Source of the DNA: Auanema rhodensis
Lineage: Eukaryota > Animalia > Nematoda
Direction: 5' to 3'
Assembly (NCBI GenBank): GCA_964057225.1
Contig: OZ059896.1
Span: 5,580,001 to 5,644,000, forward strand
Length of the DNA: 64,000 nucleotides
Shown here: one piece after another, positions 53,101 to 64,000 of the stretch
How positions within the stretch are numbered: the stretch's first letter is position 1
Layout of the letters: every line of letters begins with the position of its first letter
The notes under the pieces: generated by a model
Database searches by the model: none
Seen by the model: only the letters and a program-made list of their open reading frames with translations
What the model was told of the DNA's origin: nothing
Made by a program: the position numbers and the translations under genes

Positions 53101-56100
53101 ATCGAATGCACTAAACTACATTGAGAAAAGCTTAATACAAAAATTAGTTATGATCGTTTGAAAAATGATGCATTAGTGTATGTTGAGTTTCCATGTACAC
53201 TCAAAATTGCTTCCAAAAACATTTTGACAAAAATTTTTTCGAAAAATTTCAAGATAATTTAGCAAAAAGTAGATGTTTTTAGATTCCTTTTTTCAAGGCA
53301 AAAACGATGGACAATGTTATTCAACGAAAAAATTAATTCTTCAGGGTGAAAATCGAGGATATAAGTGTGAACTTATATCAGTTGATATCTCGGTGCATTT
53401 TCAAGCTAGCGCAAATCTGATAGTACAGATCGACGCAGCTTAAAAATCCGCATCGAATGCACTAAACTACATTGAGAAAAGCTTAATACAAAAATTAGTT
53501 ATGATCGTTTGAAAAATGATGCATTAGTGTATGTTGAGTTTCCATGTACACTCAAAATTGCTTCCAAAAACATTTTGACAAAACTTTTTTCGAAAAATTT
53601 CAAAATAATTTAGCAAAAAGTAGATGTTTCTAGATTCCTTTTTTCAAGGCAAAAACGATGGACAATGTTATTCAACGAAAAAATTAATTCTTCAGGGTGA
53701 AAATCGAGGATATAAGTGTGAACTTATATCAGTTGATATCTCGGTGCATTTTTAAGCTAGCGCAAATCTGATAACACAGATCTACGCAGCTTAAAAATCT
53801 GCATCGAATGCACTAAACTACATTGAGAAAAGCTTAATACAAAAATTAGTTATGATCGTTTGAAAAATGATGCATTAGTGTATGTTGAGTTTCCATGTAC
53901 ACTCAAAATTGCTTCCAAAAACATTTTGACAAAACTTTTTTCGAAAAATTTCAAAATAATTTAGCAAAAAGTAGATGTTTCTAGATTCCTTTTTTCAAGG
54001 CAAAAACGATGGACAATGTTATTCAACGAAAAAATTAATTCTTCAGGGTGAAAATCGAGGATATAAGTGTGAACTTATATCAGTTGATATCTCGGTGCAT
54101 TTTTAAGCTAGCGCAAATCTGATAACACAGATCTACGCAGCTTAAAAATCCGCATCGAATGCACTAAACTACATTGAGAAAAGCTTAATACAAAAATTAG
54201 TTATGATCGTTTGAAAAATGATGCATTAGTGTATGTTGAGTTTCCATGTACACTCAAAATTGCTTCCAAAAACATTTTGACAAAACTTTTTTCGAAAAAT
54301 TTCAAAATAATTTAGCAAAAAGTAGATGTTTCTAGATTCCTTTTTTCAAGGCAAAAACGATGGACAATGTTATTCAACGAAAAAATTAATTCTTCAGGGT
54401 GAAAATCGAAGATATAGGTGTGAACTTATATCAGTTGATATCTCGGTGCATTTTTAAGCTAGCGCAAATCTGATAACACAGATCTACGCAGCTTAAAAAT
54501 CCGCATCGAATGCACTATACTACATTGAGAAACGCTTAGTACAAAAATTAGTTATGATCGTTTGAAAAATGATGCATTAGTGTATGTTGAGTTTCCATGT
54601 ACACTCAAAATTGCTTCCAAAAACATTTTGACAAAACTTTTTTCGAAAAATTTCAAAATAATTTAGCAAAAAGTAGATGTTTCTAGATTTCTTTTTTCAA
54701 GGCAAAAACGATGGACAATGTTATTCAACGAAAAAATTAATTCTTCAGGGTGAAAATCGAGGATATAAGTGTGAACTTATATCAGTTGATATCTCGGTGC
54801 ATTTTTAAGCTAGCGCAAATCTGATAACACAGATCTTCGCAGCTTAAAAATCCGCATCGAATGCACTAAACTACATTGAGAAAAGCTTAATACAAAAATT
54901 AGTTATGATCGTTTGAAAAATGATGCACTAGTGTATGTTGAGTTTCCATGTACACTCAAAATTGCTTCCAAAAACATTTTGACAAAAATTTTTTCCAAAA
55001 ATTTCAAAATAATTTAGCAAAAAGTAGATGTTTTTAGATTCCTTTTTTCAAGGCAAAAACGATGGACAATGTTATTCAACGAAAAAATTAATTCTTCAGG
55101 GTGAAAATCGAGGATATAAGTGTGAACTTATATCAGTTGATATCTCGGTGCATTTTCAAGTTAGCGCAAATCTGATAGTACAGATCGACGCAGCTTAAAA
55201 ATCCGCATCGAATGCACTATACTACATTGAGAAACGCTTAATACAAAAATTAGTCATGATCGTTTGAAAAATGATGCATTAGTGTATGTTGAGTTTCCAT
55301 GTACACTCAAAATTGCTTCCAAAAACATTTTGACAAAAATTTTTTCGAAAAATTTCAAGATAATTTAGCAAAAAGTAGATGTTTTTAGATTCCTTTTTTC
55401 AAGGCAAAAACGATGGACAATGTTATTCAACGAAAAAATTAATTCTTCAGGGTGAAAATCGAGGATATAGGTGTGAACTTATATCAGTTGATATCTCGGT
55501 GCATTTTTAAGCTAGCGCAAATCTGATAACACAGATCTACGCAGCTTAAAAATCCGCATCGAATGCACTAAACTACATTGAGAAAAGCTTAATACAAAAA
55601 TTAGTTATGATCGTTTGAAAAATGATGCATTAGTGTATGTTGAGTTTCCATGTACACTCAAAATTGCTTCCAAAAACATTTTGACAAAACTTTTTTCGAA
55701 AAATTTCAAAATAATTTAGCAAAAAGTAGATGTTTTTAGATTCCTTTTTTCAAGGCAAAAACGATGGACAATGTTATTCAACGAAAAAATTAATTCTTCA
55801 GGGTGAAAATCGAGGATATAAGTGTGAACTTATATCAGTTGATATCTCGGTGCATTTTTAAGCTAGCGCAAATCTGATAACACAGATCTACGCAGCCTAA
55901 AAATACGCATCGAATGCACTATACTACATGGAGAAACGCTCAATACAAAAATTAGTTATGATCGTTTGAAAAATGATGCACTAGTGTATGTTGAGTTTCC
56001 ATGTACACTCAAAATTGCTTCCAAAAACATTTTGACAAAAATTTTTTCCAAAAATTTCAAAATAATTTAGCAAAAAGTAGATGTTTTTAGATTGCTTTTT

Positions 56101-56280
56101 TCAAGGCAAAAACGATGGACAATGTAATTCAACGAAAAAATTAATTCTTCAGGGTGAAAATCGAGGATATAAGTGTGAACTTATATCAGTTGATATCTCG
56201 GTGCATTTTCAAGCTAGCGCAAATCTGATAGTACAGATCGACGCAGCTTAAAAATCCGCATCGAATGCACTATACTACAT
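47155..56280. repeat. Tandem duplication of a 13-monomer unit (4,563 bp)
   Basis: AATCTGCA (49237/53800), GATCTTCG (50274/54837), CAAGTTAGC (50598/55161) and CGAAGATATAGG (monomers 48082/52645 and 49837/54400) are all offset by 4,563 = 13x351. Confidence 0.93.
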
Positions 56281-57207
56281 TGAGAAACGCTTAGTACAAA
56301 AATTAGTTATGATCGTTTGAAAAATGATGCATTAGTGTATGTTGAGTTTCCATGTACACTCAAAATTGCTTCCAAAAACATTTTGACAAAAATTTTTTCG
56401 AAAAATTTCAAGATAATTTAGCAAAAAGTAGATGTTTTTAGATTCCTTTTTTCAAGGCAAAAACGATGGACAATGTTATTCAACGAAAAAATTAATTCTT
56501 CAGGGTGAAAATCGAGGATATAAGTGTGAACATATATCAGTTGATATCTCGGTGCATTTTTAAGCTAGCGCAAATCTGATAACACAGATCGACGCAGCTT
56601 AAAAATCCGCATCGAATGCACTAAACTACATTGAGAAAAGCTTAATACAAAAATTAGTTATGATCGTTTGAAAAATGATGCATTAGTGTATGTTGAGTTT
56701 CCATGTACACTCAAAATTGCTTCCAAAAACATTTTGACAAAAATTTTTTCGAAAAATTTCAAGATAATTTAGCAAAAAGTAGATGTTTTTAGATTCCTTT
56801 TTTCAAGGCAAAAACGATGGACAATGTTATTCAACGAAAAAATTAATTCTTCAGGGTGAAAATCGAGGATATAAGTGTGAACATATATCAGTTGATATCT
56901 CGGTGCATTTTTAAGCTAGCGCAAATCTGATAACACAGATCGACGCAGCTTAAAAATCCGCATCGAATGCACTAAACTACATTGAGAAACGCTCAATACA
57001 AAAATTAGTTATGATCGTTTGAAAAATGATGCATTAGTGTATGTTGAGTTTCCATGTACACTCAAAATTGCTTCCAAAAACATTTTGACAAAAATTTTTT
57101 CGAAAAATTTCAAGATAATTTAGCAAAAAGTAGATGTTTTTAGATTCCTTTTTTCAAGGCAAAAACGATGGACAATGTTATTCAACGAAAAAATTAATTC
57201 TTCAGGG

Positions 57208-59313
57208 TGAAAATCGAGGATATAAGTGTGAACTTATATCAGTTGATATCTCGGTGCATTTTTAAGCTAGCGCAAATCTGATAACACAGATCTACGCAGC
57301 CTAAAAATCCGCATCGAATGCACTTTACTACATGGAGAAACGCTCAATACAAAAATTAGTTATGATCGTTTGAAAAATGATGCACTAGTGTATGTTGAGT
57401 TTCCATGTACACTCAAAATTGCTTCCAAAAACATTTTGACAAAAATTTTTTCCAAAAATTTCAAAATAATTTAGCAAAAAGTATATGTTTTTAGATTGCT
57501 TTTTTCAAGGCAAAAACGATGGACAATGTAATTCAACGAAAAAATTAATTCTTCAGGGTGAAAATCGAGGATATAAGTGTGAACTTATATCAGTTGATAT
57601 CTCGGTGCATTTTTAAGCTAGCGCAAATCTGATAACACAGATCGACGCAGCTTAAAAATCCGCATCGAATGCACTAAACTACATTGAGAAAAGCTTAATA
57701 CAAAAATTAGTTATGATCGTTTGAAAAATGATGCATTAGTGTATGTTGAGTTTCCATGTACACTCAAAATTGCTTCCAAAAACATTTTGACAAAACTTTT
57801 TTCGAAAAATTTCAAAATAATTTAGCAAAAAGTAGATGTTTTTAGATTCCTTTTTTCAAGGCAAAAACGATGGACAATGTTATTCAACGAAAAAATTAAT
57901 TCTTCAGGGTGAAAATCGAGGATATAAGTGTGAACTTATATCAGTTGATATCTCGGTGCATTTTTAAGCTAGCGCAAATCTGATAACACAGATCTACGCA
58001 GCCTAAAAATCCGCATCGAATGCACTTTACTACATGGAGAAACGCTCAATACAAAAATTAGTTATGATCGTTTGAAAAATGATGCACTAGTGTATGTTGA
58101 GTTTCCATGTACACTCAAAATTGCTTCCAAAAACATTTTGACAAAAATTTTTTCCAAAAATTTCAAAATAATTTAGCAAAAAGTAGATGTTTTTAGATTG
58201 CTTTTTTCAAGGCAAAAACGATGGACAATGTAATTCAACGAAAAAATTAATTCTTCAGGGTGAAAATCGAGGATATAAGTGTGAACTTATATCAGTTGAT
58301 ATCTCGGTGCATTTTTAAGCTAGCGCAAATCTGATAACACAGATCGACGCAGCTTAAAAATCCGCATCGAATGCACTAAACTACATTGAGAAAAGCTTAA
58401 TACAAAAATTAGTTATGATCGTTTGAAAAATGATGCATTAGTGTATGTTGAGTTTCCATGTACACTCAAAATTGCTTCCAAAAACATTTTGACAAAACTT
58501 TTTTCGAAAAATTTCAAAATAATTTAGCAAAAAGTAGATGTTTTTAGATTCCTTTTTTCAAGGCAAAAACGATGGACAATGTTATTCAACGAAAAAATTA
58601 ATTCTTCAGGGTGAAAATCGAGGATATAAGTGTGAACTTATATCAGTTGATATCTCGGTGCATTTTTAAGCTAGCGCAAATCTGATAACACAGATCTACG
58701 CAGCCTAAAAATCCGCATCGAATGCACTTTACTACATGGAGAAACGCTCAATACAAAAATTAGTTATGATCGTTTGAAAAATGATGCACTAGTGTATGTT
58801 GAGTTTCCATGTACACTCAAAATTGCTTCCAAAAACATTTTGACAAAAATTTTTTCCAAAAATTTCAAAATAATTTAGCAAAAAGTAGATGTTTTTAGAT
58901 TGCTTTTTTCAAGGCAAAAACGATGGACAATGTAATTCAACGAAAAAATTAATTCTTCAGGGTGAAAATCGAGGATATAAGTGTGAACTTATATCAGTTG
59001 ATATCTCGGTGCATTTTTAAGCTAGCGCAAATCTGATAACACAGATCGACGCAGCTTAAAAATCCGCATCGAATGCACTAAACTACATTGAGAAAAGCTT
59101 AATACAAAAATTAGTTATGATCGTTTGAAAAATGATGCATTAGTGTATGTTGAGTTTCCATGTACACTCAAAATTGCTTCCAAAAACATTTTGACAAAAC
59201 TTTTTTCGAAAAATTTCAAAATAATTTAGCAAAAAGTAGATGTTTTTAGATTCCTTTTTTCAAGGCAAAAACGATGGACAATGTTATTCAACGAAAAAAT
59301 TAATTCTTCAGGG
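57208..59313. repeat. Three tandem copies of a 702-bp dimer
   Basis: Monomers 57208, 57910 and 58612 carry GCCTAA...CACTTTACTACATGG. They alternate with monomers 57559, 58261 and 58963, which carry CGACG...TAAAC...AAAACTTTT. Confidence 0.9.
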
Positions 59314-60498
59314 TGAAAATCGAGGATATAGGTGTGAACTTATATCAGTTGATATCTCGGTGCATTTTCAAGCTAGCGCAAATCTGATAGTACAGATCGA
59401 CGCAGCTTAAAAATTCGCATCGAATGCACTATACTACATTGAGAAACGCTCAATACAAAAATTAGTTATGATCGTTTGAAAAATGATGCATTAGTGTATG
59501 TTGAGTTTCCATGTACACTCAAAATTGCTTCCAAAAACATTTTGACAAAAATTTTTTCGAAAAATTTCAAGATAATTTAGCAAAAAGTAGATGTTTTTAG
59601 ATTCCTTTTTTCAAGGCAAAAACGATGGACAATGTTATTCAACGAAAAAATTAATTCTTCAGGGTGAAAATCGAGGATATAAGTGTGAACTTATATCAGT
59701 TGATATCTCGGTGCATTTTCAAGCTAGCGCAAATCTGATAACACAGATCGACGCAGCTTAAAAATCCGCATCGAATGCACTATATTACATTGAGAAAAGC
59801 TAAATACAAAAATTAGTTATGATCGTTTGAAAAATGATGCATTAGTGTATGTTGAGTTTCCATGTACACTCAAAATTGCTTCCAAAAACATTTTGACAAA
59901 AATTTTTTCGAAAAATTTCAAGATAATTTAGCAAAAAGTAGATGTTTTTAGATTCCTTTTTTCAAGGCAAAAACGATGGACAATGTTATTCAACGAAAAA
60001 ATTAATTCTTCAGGGTGAAAATCGAGGATATAAGTGTGAACTTATATCAGTTGATATCTCGGTGCATTTTTAAGCTAGCGCAAATCTGATAACACAGATC
60101 TACGCAGCCTAAAAATCCGCATCGAATGCACTATACTACATGGAGAAACGCTCAATACAAAAATTAGTTATGATCGTTTGAAAAATGATGCACTAGTGTA
60201 TGTTGAGTTTCCATGTACACTCAAAATTGCTTCCAAAAACATTTTGACAAAAATTTTTTCCAAAAATTTCAAAATAATTTAGCAAAAAGTAGATGTTTTT
60301 AGATTGCTTTTTTCAAGGCAAAAACGATGGACAATGTGATTCAACGAAAAAATTAATTCTTCAGGGTGAAAATCGAGGATATAAGTGTGAACTTATATCA
60401 GTTGATATCTCGGTGCATTTTCAAGCTAGCGCAAATCTGATAGTACAGATCGACGCAGCTTAAAAATCCGCATCGAATGCACTATACTACATTGAGAA

Positions 60499-63400
60499 AC
60501 GCTCAATACAAAAATTAGTTATGATCGTTTGAAAAATGATGCACTAGTGTATGTTGAGTTTCCATGTACACTCAAAATTGCTTCCAAAAACATTTTGACA
60601 AAAATTTTTTCCAAAAATTTCAAAATAATTTAGCAAAAAGTAGATGTTTTTAGATTGCTTTTTTCAAGGCAAAAACGATGGACAATGTAATTCAACGAAA
60701 AAATTAATTCTTCAGGGTGAAAATCGAGGATATAAGTGTGAACTTATATCAGTTGATATCTCGGTGCATTTTTAAGCTAGCGCAAATCTGATAACACAGA
60801 TCGACGCAGCTTAAAAATCCGCATCGAATGCACTAAACTACATTGAGAAAAGCTTAATACAAAAATTAGTTATGATCGTTTGAAAAATGATGCATTAGTG
60901 TATGTTGAGTTTCCATGTACACTCAAAATTGCTTCCAAAAACATTTTGACAAAACTTTTTTCGAAAAATTTCAAAATAATTTAGCAAAAAGTAGATGTTT
61001 TTAGATTCCTTTTTTCAAGGCAAAAACGATGGACAATGTTATTCAACGAAAAAATTAATTCTTCAGGGTGAAAATCGAGGATATAGGTGTGAACTTATAT
61101 CAGTTGATATCTCGGTGCATTTTCAAGCTAGCGCAAATCTGATAGTACAGATCGACGCAGCTTAAAAATCCGCATCGAATGCACTATACTACATTGAGAA
61201 ACCCTCAATACAAAAATTAGTTATGATCGTTTGAAAAATGATGCATTAGTGTATGTTGAGTTTCCATGTACACTCAAAATTGCTTCCAAAAACATTTTGA
61301 CAAAAATTTTTTCGAAAAATTTCAAGATAATTTAGCAAAAAGTAGATGTTTTTAGATTCCTTTTTTCAAGGCAAAAACGATGGACAATGTTATTCAACGA
61401 AAAAATTAATTCTTCAGGGTGAAAATCGAGGATATAAGTGTGAACTTATATCAGTTGATATCTCGGTGCATTTTCAAGCTAGCGCAAATCTGATAACACA
61501 GATCGACGCAGCTTAAAAATCCGCATCGAATGCACTATATTACATTGAGAAAAGCTAAATACAAAAATTAGTTATGATCGTTTGAAAAATGATGCATTAG
61601 TGTATGTTGAGTTTCCATGTACACTCAAAATTGCTTCCAAAAACATTTTGACAAAAATTTTTTCGAAAAATTTCAAGATAATTTAGCAAAAAGTAGATGT
61701 TTTTAGATTCCTTTTTTCAAGGCAAAAACGATGGACAATGTTATTCAACGAAAAAATTAATTCTTCAGGGTGAAAATCGAGGATATAAGTGTGAACTTAT
61801 ATCAGTTGATATCTCGGTGCATTTTTAAGCTAGCGCAAATCTGATAACACAGATCTACGCAGCCTAAAATTCCGCATCGAATGCACTATACTACATGGAG
61901 AAACGCTCAATACAAAAATTAGTTATGATCGTTTGAAAAATGATGCACTAGTGTATGTTGAGTTTCCATGTACACTCAAAATTGCTTCCAAAAACATTTT
62001 GACAAAAATTTTTTCCAAAAATTTCAAAATAATTTAGCAAAAAGTAGATGTTTTTAGATTGCTTTTTTCAAGGCAAAAACGATGGACAATGTGATTCAAC
62101 GAAAAAATTAATTCTTCAGGGTGAAAATCGAGGATATAAGTGTGAACTTATATCAGTTGATATCTCGGTGCATTTTCAAGCTAGCGCAAATCTGATAGTA
62201 CAGATCGACGCAGCTTAACAATCCGCATCGAATGCACTATACTACATTGAGAAACGCTTAGTACAAAAATTAGTTATGATCGTTTGAAAAATGATGCATT
62301 AGTGTATGTTGAGTTTCCATGTACACTCAAAATTGCTTCCAAAAACATTTTGACAAAACTTTTTTCGAAAAATTTCAAAATAATTTAGCAAAAAGTAGAT
62401 GTTTTTAGATTCCTTTTTTCAAGGCAAAAACGATGGACAATGTTATTCAACGAAAAAATTAATTCTTCAGGGTGAAAATCGAGGATATAAGTGTGAACAT
62501 ATATCAGTTGATATCTCGGTGCATTTTTAAGCTAGCGCAAATCTGATAACACAGATCGACGCAGCTTAAAAATCCGCATCGAATGCACTAAACTACATTG
62601 AGAAAAGCTTAATACAAAAATTAGTTATGATCGTTTGAAAAATGATGCATTAGTGTATGTTGAGTTTCCATGTACACTCAAAATTGCTTCCAAAAACATT
62701 TTGACAAAAATTTTTTCGAAAAATTTCAAGATAATTTAGCAAAAAGTAGATGTTTTTAGATTCCTTTTTCAAGGCAAAAACGATGGACAATGTTATTCAA
62801 CGAAAAAATTAATTCTTCAGGGTGAAAATCGAGGATATAAGTGTGAACTTATATCAGTTGATATCTCGGTGCATTTTCAAGCTAGCGCAAATCTGATAGT
62901 ACAGATCGACGCAGCTTAAAAATCCGCATCGAATGCACTAAACTACATTGAGAAAAGCTTAATACAAAAATTAGTTATGATCGTTTGAAAAATGATGCAT
63001 TAGTGTATGTTGAGTTTCCATGTACACTCAAAATTGCTTCCAAAAACATTTTGACAAAACTTTTTTCGAAAAATTTCAAAATAATTTAGCAAAAAGTAGA
63101 TGTTTCTAGATTCCTTTTTTCAAGGCAAAAACGATGGACAATGTTATTCAACGAAAAAATTAATTCTTCAGGGTGAAAATCGAGGATATAAGTGTGAACT
63201 TATATCAGTTGATATCTCGGTGCATTTTTAAGCTAGCGCAAATCTGATAACACAGATCTACGCAGCTTAAAAATCCGCATCGAATGCACTAAACTACATT
63301 GAGAAAAGCTTAATACAAAAATTAGTTATGATCGTTTGAAAAATGATGCATTAGTGTATGTTGAGTTTCCATGTACACTCAAAATTGCTTCCAAAAACAT

Positions 63401-63875
63401 TTTGACAAAACTTTTTTCGAAAAATTTCAAAATAATTTAGCAAAAAGTAGATGTTTCTAGATTCCTTTTTTCAAGGCAAAAACGATGGACAATGTTATTC
63501 AACGAAAAAATTAATTCTTCAGGGTGAAAATCGAAGATATAGGTGTGAACTTATATCAGTTGATATCTCGGTGCATTTTTAAGCTAGCGCAAATCTGATA
63601 ACACAGATCTACGCAGCTTAAAAATCCGCATCGAATGCACTATACTACATTGAGAAACGCTTAGTACAAAAATTAGTTATGATCGTTTGAAAAATGATGC
63701 ATTAGTGTATGTTGAGTTTCCATGTACACTCAAAATTGCTTCCAAAAACATTTTGACAAAAATTTTTTCGAAAAATTTCAAGATAATTTAGCAAAAAGTA
63801 GATGTTTTTAGATTCCTTTTTTCAAGGCAAAAACGATGGACAATGTTATTCAACGAAAAAATTAATTCTTCAGGG
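60499..63875. repeat. Dispersed copy of the block at ~45,055-48,432 (44-monomer offset)
   Basis: GCCTAAAATTCC (46426/61870) and CAATGTGATT (46649/62093) are offset by 15,444 = 44x351, and monomer types follow the same order for ~9.6 monomers. Confidence 0.85.
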
Positions 63876-64000
63876 TGAAAATCGAGGATATAAGTGTGAA
63901 CTTATATCAGTTGATATCTCGGTGCATTTTCAAGCTAGCGCAAATCTGATAGTACAGATCGACGCAGCTTAAAAATCCGCATCGAATGCACTAAACTACA

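Larger units (their letters stand above)
1..64000. repeat. Tandem satellite DNA array, 351-bp monomer, 182 full copies plus one partial, head-to-tail; probably (peri)centromeric heterochromatin
   Basis: TGAAAATCGA(G/A)GATAT recurs at 1, 352, 703, 1056, 1407 ... 44221, 51241, 58261 ... 63876. The last start equals 1 + 182x351 - 7, which matches one +2 and nine -1 indels seen in the sequence. I saw no non-satellite sequence or inversion, and the array runs off both window edges. Confidence 0.99.
21411..64000. repeat. Satellite haplotype domain C
   Basis: CGATGGAC appears fixed. Diagnostic variants are ACAAAACTTTT, TTTCTAGA, GCACTAGT, TTTTCCAAAA, GATTGCTT, ATGTAATT, CTTAGTAC, TACATGGAG and TAGTCATG. 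Confidence 0.8.

Noticed and set aside
1-64000. CRISPR array or variable-spacer cassette
   Set aside because: There are no unique spacers; the entire 351-bp unit is repeated with only point variants, and there are no cas genes.

Overview
The whole window is one uninterrupted head-to-tail satellite DNA array. It holds 182 complete copies plus a 125-bp partial copy of an AT-rich (~30% GC) 351-bp monomer, all in one orientation. There are no genes, RNA genes, transposon insertions or CRISPR spacers. The short ORFs in the track arise from single-base variants that remove stop codons in a monomer whose length is a multiple of 3. Monomers differ by only a few substitutions each, and there are just ten length changes (one +2, nine -1). 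The variants reveal hidden structure: three spatial haplotype domains (~1-8 kb, ~8-20.3 kb, ~21.4-64 kb) with a mutation-rich junction near 20.4-21.4 kb; local 2-, 3-, 4-, 5-, 7- and 13-monomer duplications; a mappable crossover at 51,711-51,724; and a ~3.4-kb block copied 44 monomers away. Each monomer also carries a 67-nt fold-back, a 9-bp stem with a GTGA loop, two further dyads and an A-tract-rich half. This is most consistent with eukaryotic (peri)centromeric satellite DNA. CpG is not depleted, which suggests a host with little methylation, such as an insect. I cannot name the species or satellite family. All counts were made by hand.
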